A stretch of 64,000 bases of DNA, taken from IMG/VR virus record IMGVR_UViG_3300045988_159816. One strand, given 5' to 3'. The stretch is from a virus. The notes below the pieces were generated by a model, which saw nothing but the letters and a program-made list of their open reading frames with translations, made no database searches and was not told the DNA's origin. Made by a program: the position numbers and the translations under genes. Positions 1 to 9,018 of this stretch are shown one piece after another; positions within the stretch are counted from its first letter, which is position 1; every line of letters starts with the position of its first letter.

Positions 1-1
1 T

Positions 2-154
2 ATTGAAACAACTTTATCCGAAGTTAAATATGTTTTTGATGGTTTTGTGGTTGAAGTCGACTACGAAAATAATAAACTAATAAAATTAGTAATACATGAT
101 GAAACTCAGCCGGGTAAAATTATTAAATATGGTGAGGTATATACTAACGAATAA
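2..154 (+). CDS. 3' end of an upstream hypothetical protein (partial)
   Basis: Open frame running from the window edge to a TAA at 152-154. Not in the ORF track because it is short and truncated. Confidence 0.3.
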   Translation: METTLSEVKYVFDGFVVEVDYENNKLIKLVIHDETQPGKIIKYGEVYTNE

Positions 155-220
155 TAATTATTATATGTAAAAAATGAGTCCGTTTTAAAAATACAAATTA
201 ATAAAATTTACTGAAATTTT

Positions 221-268
221 TAGGCTGGCAAGGGTACATACAAACACCCTAACCAGCCTATTTACTTT
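221..268 (+). terminator. rho-independent terminator-like hairpin
   Basis: Imperfect long stem aggctggcaagggt...accctaaccagcct followed by a T-rich tract. Confidence 0.4.
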
Positions 269-478
269 TAATACAGCCCCATTTTCGTCGATGTAAATTT
301 GTAAATTCGGGCAAAAAATAACACCTTATGCAGTTATAAAGGCGTTATAGAGTAGGCACACACGAAAATTTTTAATTTGGCGAATATAAGGTTATAGTAA
401 ATATTGAAAATAAGCAAATAAGATTAATAAGAAAATAACAGTAATAGGAATAGTTATTATAAAAGCATCATTAGCATA

Positions 479-525
479 ATGGCAGCATTATTATTTGGGG
501 CAGCAAAGCAATTAGGGCAGCATCG
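479..525. repeat. three direct copies of GGGCAGCA(T/A) at roughly 17-bp spacing
   Basis: ggcagcatt / gggcagcaa / gggcagcat seen directly. The same 9-mer recurs four times at 63028-63097. Confidence 0.6.
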
Positions 526-753
526 TGTTTTACAACTTAATAGCAGCAAAACACTATTAAAACAATTTGCTATTAAACTTAAAATTGCTTATAAATATTG
601 CGTATTATTTAGTTAATATTACTATTAGTAATAATTACTATTAATGCTATTTTTTTATGCACTTTAATAATACTACTTTAAAGGTGACTTGTAAATAGGC
701 AAACTCGATTTATTTTTTACCAAAAAAATTTATAAAAAATGCTTAAAAAGGTA

Positions 754-782
754 TTGCAATTTATTTAGCAATATGGTATAAT
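754..782 (+). promoter_or_regulatory. sigma-70-like promoter (TTGCAA-17-TATAAT)
   Basis: ttgcaa, 17-nt spacer, then tataat. Followed by an AAGGGGG RBS and the ATG at 816. Confidence 0.55.
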
Positions 783-815
783 GTACTTAACTTAAATAAA
801 GGGGGTAACAATATT

Positions 816-1328
816 ATGTTACAAGCAAAAAGTAAAAACAACAAAACCTACAAAAATATGTTGGCGGTAAGCAACTTATACCAGTATTACTGGCAGGCAT
901 TAAATAGTTTAAAAGTGCCTACTAACAAGGTAAAAAACCAGCAGTATATTACACAATTAGTAACTAATATTATTAACGCCGAGCTACAATATAGCCCCGA
1001 GGTGCAACAAGTAACAAATGGTATTAAGTACGAGCTCGAGTTTATGCAAATGGGCAATATAAACAACTGCCCCAATTTAGGTTTACTAATTAATGTAATA
1101 ATAACAGTAAACAGTAATGGTACAGTTATGGTAAACACACTTACTTTAACGTACGAAAGTAAAGTAACACCAGCGTTTGTACCTAATTATAACTACATAC
1201 CATATGGTGGCTATATGCACACAATGTTTAATAATAAATTGGTGCAATTAGTAAATTATACTAATTACGAAAAATTATGGCAAATTGCATTTATAAATAA
1301 TGGGCGGTTAGGCATATTTAATGGTTAA
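816..1328 (+). CDS. hypothetical N/Q/Y-rich protein in a moron-like unit
   Basis: ORF with a strong RBS, its own promoter and its own terminator. No recognisable domain. Confidence 0.5.
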   Translation: MLQAKSKNNKTYKNMLAVSNLYQYYWQALNSLKVPTNKVKNQQYITQLVTNIINAELQYSPEVQQVTNGIKYELEFMQMGNINNCPNLGLLINVIITVNSNGTVMVNTLTLTYESKVTPAFVPNYNYIPYGGYMHTMFNNKLVQLVNYTNYEKLWQIAFINNGRLGIFNG

Positions 1329-1333
1329 CTTTT

Positions 1334-1362
1334 AAGGGGGTATTTACCCCCTTATTTTTTTA
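1334..1362 (+). terminator. rho-independent terminator
   Basis: aagggggta/taccccctt stem followed by a T7 run. Confidence 0.7.
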
Positions 1363-1381
1363 TAATTTTTTAAAAAACTGC

Positions 1382-1410
1382 TTGCAAATGTTGCTGGTTT
1401 GTGTTATAAT
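1382..1410 (+). promoter_or_regulatory. sigma-70-like promoter (TTGCAA-17-TGTgTTATAAT, extended -10)
   Basis: Same module architecture as the promoters at 754 and 63588. Confidence 0.55.
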
Positions 1411-1441
1411 TAAAGTACAAAATAAACAAGGGGGCTTTACA

Positions 1442-1744
1442 ATGTTACAAAATTGCATTAATGGTTTTAGCGAGCAAATTAATACCTGTTTGCAAATTTA
1501 TATGCAAATGGTACAGCAACTACAACAAGGGGTAAATGCAAGTAAGGTATTTAGTAATGCCGAGGTAATACTAAATAATAATTGCGATGCTTACTTTAAT
1601 AGTAATACTTATTGTTTAAAAATAGTTACTGTTAACGGGGGTATAAGTACTATAAATTTAAAAAATAATAAATTAATACTCGATGCTACTTATGCTATTG
1701 CAACAAATAACTATTTAAACTATTACAACGAAACTGCTATATAA
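1442..1744 (+). CDS. hypothetical small N/Q-rich protein
   Basis: ATG 7 nt after an AAGGGGG RBS. The track ORF 1382.. starts upstream inside the promoter, so the start was trimmed to 1442. Confidence 0.5.
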   Translation: MLQNCINGFSEQINTCLQIYMQMVQQLQQGVNASKVFSNAEVILNNNCDAYFNSNTYCLKIVTVNGGISTINLKNNKLILDATYAIATNNYLNYYNETAI

Positions 1745-1803
1745 TAATAATTACTAATAAGCTGGCAAACAATGCCAGTTTATTTTTTTAGCTAAAAATA
1801 GGC

Positions 1804-1840
1804 AAAAAAATAACCCCCTAATAAAGGGGGCATTTTTTTA
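1804..1840. terminator. bidirectional rho-independent terminator
   Basis: A-run, then the ccccct/aggggg stem, then a T7 run. Confidence 0.65.
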
Positions 1841-2099
1841 TTAAACTATGCAACTGCCTGTATAAACTATACAGTTTTTAGCGTTTGTATGCCAACTTAA
1901 ACAGTAGGTATTATGGCTATACTGGTAATGTTGCACATAAATATTAAAGGTAATATTGCCATTTTTGCCCTTGTAGGTTTTTAACCTTAAAACCCTAAAG
2001 TGTAAGGCTTTAATGTACTGCAATAAAACTGCAATAACTTTAGTGGCGTGTTGGCGTGGTAAATTGTGTTTGTTTAATTGGGCAAAGTGCCTTTTAAAA

Positions 2100-3050
2100 T
2101 AAGTTAACATAATTAAAACCCCCTTGTTATTTAAGTTACTTATATTATAACATTTATAAGCAATAATTGCAATATACAATATTAAAAAATTACAAGCAAA
2201 ATATGTAAACATATTGCTTATGTTGCAAACAAAAAAGGCAAAAAACAAGCAAATTACAGGTATTTTAATAAAATAAATAGCGTTTATAGGGGCATAAATG
2301 GGGCTATAAGCAGTTTTATGCAATATAGGTATAAATGTAAGTGGGGTGTTAAAAAGTATTAATACAGGGCAATTTTGCTGGCGGCGGTAAGTAAACATTT
2401 GTGTATTTTGTTGATTTATGAATTAATTAGTAAAAATAATAAAATAATAAATAAAAGGTAATAGTAAAGGTAGGCAAATATGTAAACAAACAGTAAATAA
2501 AACAAGCAAACTAGCAATAATTATTAATAAGTAAAAAGCATAAAAAAGCGAGTAAATAAGGCAGGTTTGGCAGGGTAATAAACAATAAGGAAATTGACAT
2601 TATTAGTAATAATTATTGATAGTGAAGTAATATTAAATAAAATATAAGGTAAAGTAAGGAAGGTAGATAAATAGGTATAATAAAAAATTTAAAACCGCGC
2701 GCTAAATGAAATTATGTGTTTATTAGGAATATAAGAGTAATAGTAATATAAGGTAAAAATAATACTATATAAACAAGAAATAATAGCAATTAAAAGTATT
2801 ATACAAGTAAGCTTTATTAGCTATTGTAGTTATAACAATATAGGCATAAATACTAATATAATAAGGTTTTATAAGGAAAACAAACACTTATAAAATAAGC
2901 TATTTTTAATAGTAATGATTATGAATAAGTAATAAAGTACTATTGTAGTTTAGCTTATTTAGTTATAAATATTAGGTATTAATGCTTATGAAGAGGTATA
3001 AGGAAGTAAAGGAGAATAGTGTAAAAATAGGTTTTAACGGCTGGACAGCA
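2100..3050. other. purine-rich, C-depleted non-coding tract with no credible ORF
   Basis: A sampled 60 nt is roughly 55% A, 17% G, 17% T and 12% C. GGTAA and AGGTA motifs recur throughout. Confidence 0.5.
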
Positions 3051-3521
3051 CATATACTTATAAGCATTTCATATTTTTAACGCCTTTTTACCTGTTTGCA
3101 CCCAATATTTAACAGTATTTGTTATTATTTTATGCTTAAATCAAGTAGTAACAATTATTATTAATCAATAATTGCAAGCAAGAGTTGTTATTACTCGCAA
3201 ACCAAGTGTATATGCCATGTTTGCCGAGTTAAGTAAGTGTTATTATTAGTAATTATGATTAAATGATTATGAAAGAAAATAATAAAAAGTGTTTATTTTA
3301 TATATAGGCAAAACACCAATAATACTTATTAGCAACCAATCAAACAAGCAATAGCAATTTATTAGTAATTATTACTAGCAACAATGACTGACTAATGTGC
3401 CAAAAGTACAATAAACAATAGCGACTAGCTGGCAAGCTCAGTTAGATAATAATAAAGATGATACCCCCCTGCGTCCGTTTTAAGAATTGTTGCTACCACC
3501 CACCCCATCTATAATACATAT

Positions 3522-3742
3522 CCATTATAGAGTCAATTTTACAAGTCAAAAATACAAACCCCCATTGAGTCTTTTTTCTTAATCAAAAATATCCCCCCTT
3601 ATAGAGTCATTTATTCCAATCAAATAATCTATGATTAATTCCCCACAAGGTCAGCAATCCCCCAATATAATCACAAGCAATCCCCCATTAAGTCCTCATA
3701 AATCAAATTCGATAATCAAAAATATCCTGCCCCATTGAGTCA
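3522..3742 (+). repeat. iteron-like array of five direct repeats
   Basis: The five copies, each with C-rich flanks, are ccattatagagtca, cccccattgagtc, ccccccttatagagtca, cccccattaagtc and ccccattgagtca. Their common core is CCaTT(AT)(A/G)AGTC. Two longer units of about 29 nt, starting aatcaaaaatatcc..., lie at about 3581 and 3714. The array sits 60-280 bp upstream of the early promoter. Confidence 0.6.
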
Positions 3743-3798
3743 ACTAATCCAATCAAATAAAGAACGACTAAAAATATTCTTTTCGTATAAATAAAATG

Positions 3799-3827
3799 TT
3801 GACAATAGCAAACTAAAGTATTATAAT
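3799..3827 (+). promoter_or_regulatory. early promoter with consensus TTGACA-17-TATAAT
   Basis: Exact consensus hexamers with a 17-nt spacer. A rightward operon of small genes follows. Confidence 0.7.
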
Positions 3828-3921
3828 AACTATAGTCAAAGTTTTAAATGCAAGTATGAAAAATGCCTTGTACACATTTAAAACTTTACTAATATAAAAG
3901 TAATAAGGGGGCGTATAAAAA

Positions 3922-4305
3922 GTGTGTAGTGGGCAAAATTCATTAGGTAAAGGAGGATTAAATGCAAAAGCTGGATTTTGTTATCCCTATAATAATAGGT
4001 ATATTAGTTTTTTACCTTCTGATGATACTGAAATTTTTATATCTAGAAATGTAAAAGCAAAGCGGCGAGAATTTATTGAATGTGATATTAGAAAATCCCC
4101 GTTTTCAAAACCTTGTGTAATGGATACTGATAGTGTCAATAAACGTATATTAAAGGATTTAGAAGATTATATAGCAAGATGTAAGGAATGTGATTTCCTT
4201 CCTTTAATTCCTGATGGCACTATGTATGAAATTAATCAATATGCTGAATATGTGGATTTAAGTATTACTTTAACAAGAAAGGATTTTAATTGTGGAATTG
4301 ATTAG
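3922..4305 (+). CDS. hypothetical early protein
   Basis: ORF with a GTG start after a GGGGG RBS. The start is uncertain. Confidence 0.4.
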   Translation: MCSGQNSLGKGGLNAKAGFCYPYNNRYISFLPSDDTEIFISRNVKAKRREFIECDIRKSPFSKPCVMDTDSVNKRILKDLEDYIARCKECDFLPLIPDGTMYEINQYAEYVDLSITLTRKDFNCGID

Positions 4306-4582
4306 CAAAGATGCTTTAGAAGCTAAATTAATGTTATGTATGGACATGAATAGGGCTGATTGGTCTTATAACAAAATGATTATGGCAAATAAAATGCTGG
4401 AAATTTTAGATCAAGAACCTATTATAGAAGAACGAAAGCACGGATACTGGATATTCATAGAACCTGATAAATATGGTAATTTTATTCAGTGCAGCGTTTG
4501 TGAAAGCAAGTTTGGATTATATAGCAAAGACAATTATTGTCAGAGTTGTGGTGCTATTATGGATAAGGAGGATAAATTATGA
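4292..4582 (+). CDS. small zinc-ribbon protein
   Basis: C-terminal CxxC...CxxC. The N-terminus is paralogous to the next ORF. Confidence 0.55.
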   Translation: MELISKDALEAKLMLCMDMNRADWSYNKMIMANKMLEILDQEPIIEERKHGYWIFIEPDKYGNFIQCSVCESKFGLYSKDNYCQSCGAIMDKEDKL

Positions 4583-4929
4583 GATTAATAGATGCGGACA
4601 AATTAAAAGATATAATACAGAATGGCTATGTTTGCCTTATTTCCGATCCGGAAACTGACAAAATCATTCAAATGATTGAGAACAGTATTATAAAAGTGAT
4701 AGACGAAGCCCCAGATGTAGAGGAGGAACTTGGCGTGTTGAAAGATATACCTGATGATGAAGCCTACTACAGAAATGGCTATTGTACTAAATGTAAAGCC
4801 CAAATGCCTACTGAAGTTCTACATGGCAAACTATCACAAAGATCTATCAGATTTTGTTTTAACTGCGGGGCTAAAATTAATGGCGTTTTATGGACTTTGA
4901 TAGAAGAAGGAATTATCAAGGAGAAGTAA
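4579..4929 (+). CDS. small zinc-ribbon protein, a paralog of 4292..4582
   Basis: Similar N-terminus and a C-terminal CxxC...CxxC. The ATGA overlap indicates translational coupling. Confidence 0.55.
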   Translation: MRLIDADKLKDIIQNGYVCLISDPETDKIIQMIENSIIKVIDEAPDVEEELGVLKDIPDDEAYYRNGYCTKCKAQMPTEVLHGKLSQRSIRFCFNCGAKINGVLWTLIEEGIIKEK

Positions 4930-4932
4930 ATA

Positions 4933-5181
4933 ATGAATGATGATTTATTAGTATTAAAATCACTTATAGCTGAAGCTAATGACATTATATCACAAAGAGA
5001 GCTTTATCAAAGGGATTCTTTACAATTTCTATTGTTGACTCAAAGATTAGTTGATACATTAAGTGTTTGTGAGCATGTTTCGTGTAAACATACTAATACT
5101 ATGAAAAATTTAAAAGAAGCTAATCTGATTATTCTTAATGATGCTATTGAATCAAAGAAATTAGTAGATAGGGGCGAATAA
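4933..5181 (+). CDS. hypothetical protein
   Basis: ORF in the operon with an RBS. Confidence 0.5.
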   Translation: MNDDLLVLKSLIAEANDIISQRELYQRDSLQFLLLTQRLVDTLSVCEHVSCKHTNTMKNLKEANLIILNDAIESKKLVDRGE

Positions 5182-5534
5182 TGATGTTGAATCAAGAATA
5201 TGTAAAAAAGTTGAATAAAAAATTTGAAGAGATAAAGGAATTAGCGACTAAAAAAGCAAATCAGTATAAAACTCATGAGGCTCTTGCCGCTTTTGAAACC
5301 GCCGCTAGATTGAAATACGGCGATGCTCGTTATAATTACCAATATGCCGCACTTAAAGATTTTATGTCAAAACACGTTGCTCATATTTATAATAATGACC
5401 TCGATGGCGATAAAGTATCTGAAAGTTTAACTGATATTGCTGTATACTGTATTATCGCTAGTGTTATGTTTGATGAACATTATGCTGAAAGATGTCATAT
5501 TAATCCGGAGGATGTAAATAATGCTAATAGTTGA
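5181..5534 (+). CDS. hypothetical protein
   Basis: ORF in the operon. Confidence 0.5.
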   Translation: MMLNQEYVKKLNKKFEEIKELATKKANQYKTHEALAAFETAARLKYGDARYNYQYAALKDFMSKHVAHIYNNDLDGDKVSESLTDIAVYCIIASVMFDEHYAERCHINPEDVNNANS

Positions 5535-6207
5535 ACATATGTCAACATGGGGTTTTGAGCATGCTATTAGGGGCATGAGAAATCCTATGAATAGTTGGGA
5601 TAAATCTGATAGTCATTTTCATTATAATGACTGTTTAAGTTGTGTTCACACAAACGAGGATTGTGTTAAAGAGCACAAAATTTGTGGAGATATAGTTTGC
5701 TTTAATATTGGCGAAAACGATCTAGACCTTATGCAACGTCTTTATAAAGCGGGTACTGAGCATGGTAAATTTTTACGTCAAATTTTTGTGAGTATGGATA
5801 TTACAGCCCCGCTTTATTGGTGGAAGGAGTTTGATACTTATAAAGTCGGCACTGTTGCTAATTCCTGTTCCACGATGCACAAAATTCATGCTAAAAAATT
5901 TGAGATGGAAGATTTTAGTCATGAACATTTAAATGAAGCTTGTTATTTGCAATTAGCACACGTTATTGAAACTCTAAACGTAGTACGAGATGTATATGTT
6001 GAAAATAATGATAAAGAATATTGGTGGCAGATGATTCAGTTATTGCCGTCAAGCTATAATCAAAAACGAACCATTACTATGAATTATGAGAATGTCATGA
6101 ATATTATAAATCAACGTCAGTATCATAAATTAGACGAATGGGTCAATTTTGTTAAGTATTTAAGAATATTACCATATATAAAAGAGATAAGGGATGAAGA
6201 AAAATGA
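5521..6207 (+). CDS. divergent ThyX (Thy1)-like protein lacking the RHR motif
   Basis: By eye, ...TAPLYWWKEFDTYK...VANSCSTM... lines up with ThyX ...APIFVARQWFRHR...SxNExSxRY. The catalytic RHR is replaced by TYK. Confidence 0.45.
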   Translation: MLIVEHMSTWGFEHAIRGMRNPMNSWDKSDSHFHYNDCLSCVHTNEDCVKEHKICGDIVCFNIGENDLDLMQRLYKAGTEHGKFLRQIFVSMDITAPLYWWKEFDTYKVGTVANSCSTMHKIHAKKFEMEDFSHEHLNEACYLQLAHVIETLNVVRDVYVENNDKEYWWQMIQLLPSSYNQKRTITMNYENVMNIINQRQYHKLDEWVNFVKYLRILPYIKEIRDEEK

Positions 6208-6521
6208 AAAATATGAATGCTAATACATTTAAATTAATGACAGAAACACTTGCTAGTTTAACTTATGTAATATTACAAAATAATTTCGATTTGGCTCAAT
6301 TAAAACAAAATGTTTATCGAGATAAATTAAATTTAGCTGCTGTACTTGGTGTATTGCTCAGGCGTGAATTAGTATCTGGAAGTGATGTTGATGAACTTTT
6401 GGCAGAAATTAAAAGGGACTCTGAAGTTCAGGAAGAATTACAAAAGTGTCGGGACGACTTAAAGAAAGCACAGGAAACGACTGAAAAATTATTATCATAT
6501 ATGAAAGCTATGGGAGATTAA
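6204..6521 (+). CDS. hypothetical protein
   Basis: ORF. Confidence 0.5.
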   Translation: MKNMNANTFKLMTETLASLTYVILQNNFDLAQLKQNVYRDKLNLAAVLGVLLRRELVSGSDVDELLAEIKRDSEVQEELQKCRDDLKKAQETTEKLLSYMKAMGD

Positions 6522-6523
6522 TT

Positions 6524-6829
6524 ATGGACTTAAAAGATTTTATTACTTGCCTTTCTATTGCTTTTAACTGTGCTATTTCTATCGCATATTTGGCAGAACG
6601 AAGTACGAAAAATCTGCATATAGCGAGAAATCATGAATTGGAAGCCAGACTATCCAAATTGTATAAAGAATATTTAGATAGTTTAAATCAACAAATGGTA
6701 GTTGTAAAAAAATTAGATGATACATTACATAATCAAAAAATAGTTTGTGATTGTTTAGTTCAGTTTTCTCATAATAATCCGGACAAAGAACAAATTTTGA
6801 AAAAATTAAATGGGGTGATTAAACTATGA
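6524..6829 (+). CDS. hypothetical protein
   Basis: ORF. Confidence 0.5.
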   Translation: MDLKDFITCLSIAFNCAISIAYLAERSTKNLHIARNHELEARLSKLYKEYLDSLNQQMVVVKKLDDTLHNQKIVCDCLVQFSHNNPDKEQILKKLNGVIKL

Positions 6830-6987
6830 CTTTTATGCAAAAGTTGACAGCGGCTCTTGTATTATTTGGATTATTTGCCAGTATTTATCTACTTAATGAA
6901 GGAGCCCCTATAAGTGCTACAGCGGTTAATACTGGACTTATTGTAGTATTACTTTATGATATATTTTGTGAGTTGGGGAAAAAGTAA
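6826..6987 (+). CDS. small membrane protein of 53 aa
   Basis: Hydrophobic, coupled by start/stop overlap to its neighbours. Below the ORF-track size cutoff. Confidence 0.35.
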   Translation: MTFMQKLTAALVLFGLFASIYLLNEGAPISATAVNTGLIVVLLYDIFCELGKK

Positions 6988-7253
6988 TGAATAAGTTTGT
7001 TGTATTTTCAATAATGGTATGTGCTTTCTACTTTTTAATAGAGCCTACTAAAAAATTAATTGACTATATACGTTGGTATTTCGGATTCACATATGGCTAT
7101 GAGGATAAAGTTTTAGTTCTTGGTATCGGTATTGGCTATATTAAGGGCGTGATTAATGGCAATATGTATTTAGTTGAATTTCCAAACCACCCTTTAAAAA
7201 TTGTTAGTCACGAGGATATTACAAGAATTTATCGTAGAGGTGAAGAGAAATGA
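6987..7253 (+). CDS. hypothetical protein with an N-terminal TM helix
   Basis: ORF. Confidence 0.5.
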   Translation: MNKFVVFSIMVCAFYFLIEPTKKLIDYIRWYFGFTYGYEDKVLVLGIGIGYIKGVINGNMYLVEFPNHPLKIVSHEDITRIYRRGEEK

Positions 7254-7387
7254 TTAAATTACTCTTACTCGCTATCACGCAGATATTACTTTATATTGTG
7301 TTGTTGACTACAAATGATCTGTCCACAAGACCATTGATTTTTGCAGCACAAATTTCGCTTTTTTTGTATCAATTTATATTCGAATAA
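7250..7387 (+). CDS. small hydrophobic protein of 45 aa
   Basis: Short ORF coupled to the upstream stop. Confidence 0.3.
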   Translation: MIKLLLLAITQILLYIVLLTTNDLSTRPLIFAAQISLFLYQFIFE

Positions 7388-7403
7388 GGAATGGAGTGAA
7401 AAA

Positions 7404-7634
7404 ATGACCGTAGGTGAAGTAAGAAAAATTTGTGATGGAGAACCAATACAGTTAATCGGAGCTCGTACTGGTAAAAAACTTACGAATAACTGGAATAATG
7501 TAACGGAAGTATTAGCAAGATATGATAATCATGAATCATGTGGAATATTTGCCAGTATGAGAGTTCAAACAGATAGAGTAAATATGCCAAACTACATAAC
7601 ACCCATTATTTGTATTTGGGTAACAGGAGAATAA
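7404..7634 (+). CDS. hypothetical protein
   Basis: ATG after a GGAG RBS. The track ORF starts upstream at 7341. Confidence 0.5.
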   Translation: MTVGEVRKICDGEPIQLIGARTGKKLTNNWNNVTEVLARYDNHESCGIFASMRVQTDRVNMPNYITPIICIWVTGE

Positions 7635-7638
7635 GAAT

Positions 7639-7839
7639 ATGAAAAAAGTAACAGCAGAAGTTATCGAGAAAAATCGTTATCTAGTCACAGTAGAGGTTGA
7701 AGATAATGCTACAGACGGTGATATTTATGATGCAATAGTAAGAGCTTATATAGGAGATGATACTTATATGGGAGATAGTTGTAAAGTTATTGAACAATAT
7801 ATTTATGACGTTACAAATATAAAGGTGAAAGAAAAATGA
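7639..7839 (+). CDS. hypothetical protein
   Basis: ORF. Confidence 0.5.
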   Translation: MKKVTAEVIEKNRYLVTVEVEDNATDGDIYDAIVRAYIGDDTYMGDSCKVIEQYIYDVTNIKVKEK

Positions 7840-8009
7840 TTAAAGAATATAAATGGATTGGAAATACATATATGACAAATTTAATGATTGATGTTAATAA
7901 AGATGCTTGTAACGGTTGGCGACTTGTAAGTGTTGGTCATAATGGCAAGTTTTATTTTGCAGTAGTTCAACGTGATAAAATTGAAACAGAGGAGAGTGAA
8001 GAAAAATGA
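7836..8009 (+). CDS. hypothetical protein of 57 aa
   Basis: Short ORF with start/stop overlaps on both sides. Confidence 0.35.
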   Translation: MIKEYKWIGNTYMTNLMIDVNKDACNGWRLVSVGHNGKFYFAVVQRDKIETEESEEK

Positions 8010-8209
8010 AATTCAATGTTAAATCGGAAAAAACTTACACAATTACTTTAGACGATAAAACTTGTTCATTATTAGTGCAAGCATTAAAATATGCAGATTT
8101 GCATATAATTGAATTACCTGTAGACGTTATAAAAAGTAAAGAATCTTTGTTAAGTGATATAAGATTCTTTATTAAAGAATTTACATCTAGAATGTCAGAG
8201 GAGGAATAA
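8006..8209 (+). CDS. hypothetical protein
   Basis: ORF. Confidence 0.5.
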   Translation: MKFNVKSEKTYTITLDDKTCSLLVQALKYADLHIIELPVDVIKSKESLLSDIRFFIKEFTSRMSEEE

Positions 8210-8210
8210 T

Positions 8211-8648
8211 ATGAGAAGATTTGAAGCTGTTCAAGGAAAATTAGTTACTTTACCAACAAGAAAAACTATTGGTTCTGCTGGGTATGATTTTTGTTGTCCT
8301 TACAGTTATACATTAAACGCAGGGGAAACTGTAGTTTTTAAAACAGGCGTCAAAGCTTGTATGAATCGTAATGAAGTATTATATATTTACATTCGTTCAA
8401 GCTTGGGAATCAAACATAAATTAGCCTTAACTAATGGTACAGGTATTATTGATTCAGACTATTATAATAATCCTGACAATGAAGGAGAAATTTTAATTCC
8501 TATTACTAATAATGGTAATACCCCTTATGAATTTACTATTGGGGATAGAATTGCACAGGGCATTTTTTCAACATATCTTACTGTAGATGGGGAGAATACA
8601 GAAGAATTGCAGGAAAGAGTTGGCGGAGTAGGAAGTACAGGCAAATGA
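8211..8648 (+). CDS. dut: dUTP diphosphatase (dUTPase)
   Basis: Motifs AGYDF, RSSLG, GIIDSDY and a C-terminal GGVGSTG. Confidence 0.9.
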   Translation: MRRFEAVQGKLVTLPTRKTIGSAGYDFCCPYSYTLNAGETVVFKTGVKACMNRNEVLYIYIRSSLGIKHKLALTNGTGIIDSDYYNNPDNEGEILIPITNNGNTPYEFTIGDRIAQGIFSTYLTVDGENTEELQERVGGVGSTGK

Positions 8649-8689
8649 AAATGCCCTTTTAAGGGTATTTATAAAGGGGGTTAAGGTGT

Positions 8690-8944
8690 TTGTATGTACA
8701 GAAAAATGTAATTTTACAGGTTTTAGAGCTGTATAATTTAAAGCCCTATCAAAAGTTCAAGCTTACAGATGGATATACTAAAAAGGTGCTTGGAATGTAT
8801 TACTTTAACAGATCCGGATATTTATGCCAATGTTTTAGTAAGAAATGGGATAATGATTTTAGTTGTATAATTCGAGATATAAATCATATCCACACTGTAA
8901 ATATTTTAAATGGTATTCATCTCATTGAATTAAAAGATGGTTGA
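8690..8944 (+). CDS. hypothetical protein
   Basis: ORF. Its TGA stop lies inside the TTGACA of the next promoter. Confidence 0.5.
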   Translation: MYVQKNVILQVLELYNLKPYQKFKLTDGYTKKVLGMYYFNRSGYLCQCFSKKWDNDFSCIIRDINHIHTVNILNGIHLIELKDG

Positions 8945-8969
8945 CATTCTTTAAGATTTGTTCTAAAAT
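8941..8969 (+). promoter_or_regulatory. promoter of the packaging and structural operon (TTGACA-17-TAAAAT)
   Basis: Consensus -35 and a near-consensus -10. Confidence 0.55.
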
Positions 8970-8983
8970 TAAATAAAGATATG

Positions 8984-9018
8984 AATGGGTATATCTTGGA
9001 TATACCCATTTTTATTGA
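8984..9018 (+). terminator. terminator-like hairpin in the 5' leader
   Basis: Perfect 12-bp stem aatgggtatatc/gatatacccatt with a 3-nt loop, then TTTTATT. It lies about 10 nt after the predicted start site and before the terminase-small RBS. Confidence 0.5.

Noticed and set aside
1841-2398. 185-aa minus-strand ORF in the non-coding region
   Set aside because: It lies on the pyrimidine-rich strand of the purine-skewed tract, where stop codons (all of which contain purines) are depleted. The F/I/L/Y/N composition mirrors the nucleotide bias. There is no RBS and no recognisable promoter, so it is probably spurious.
3480-3780. Repeat-spacer appearance of the iteron region, which could be mistaken for a CRISPR array
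   Set aside because: The repeats are short, imperfect and irregularly spaced, the array sits directly upstream of a promoter, and no cas genes are present.
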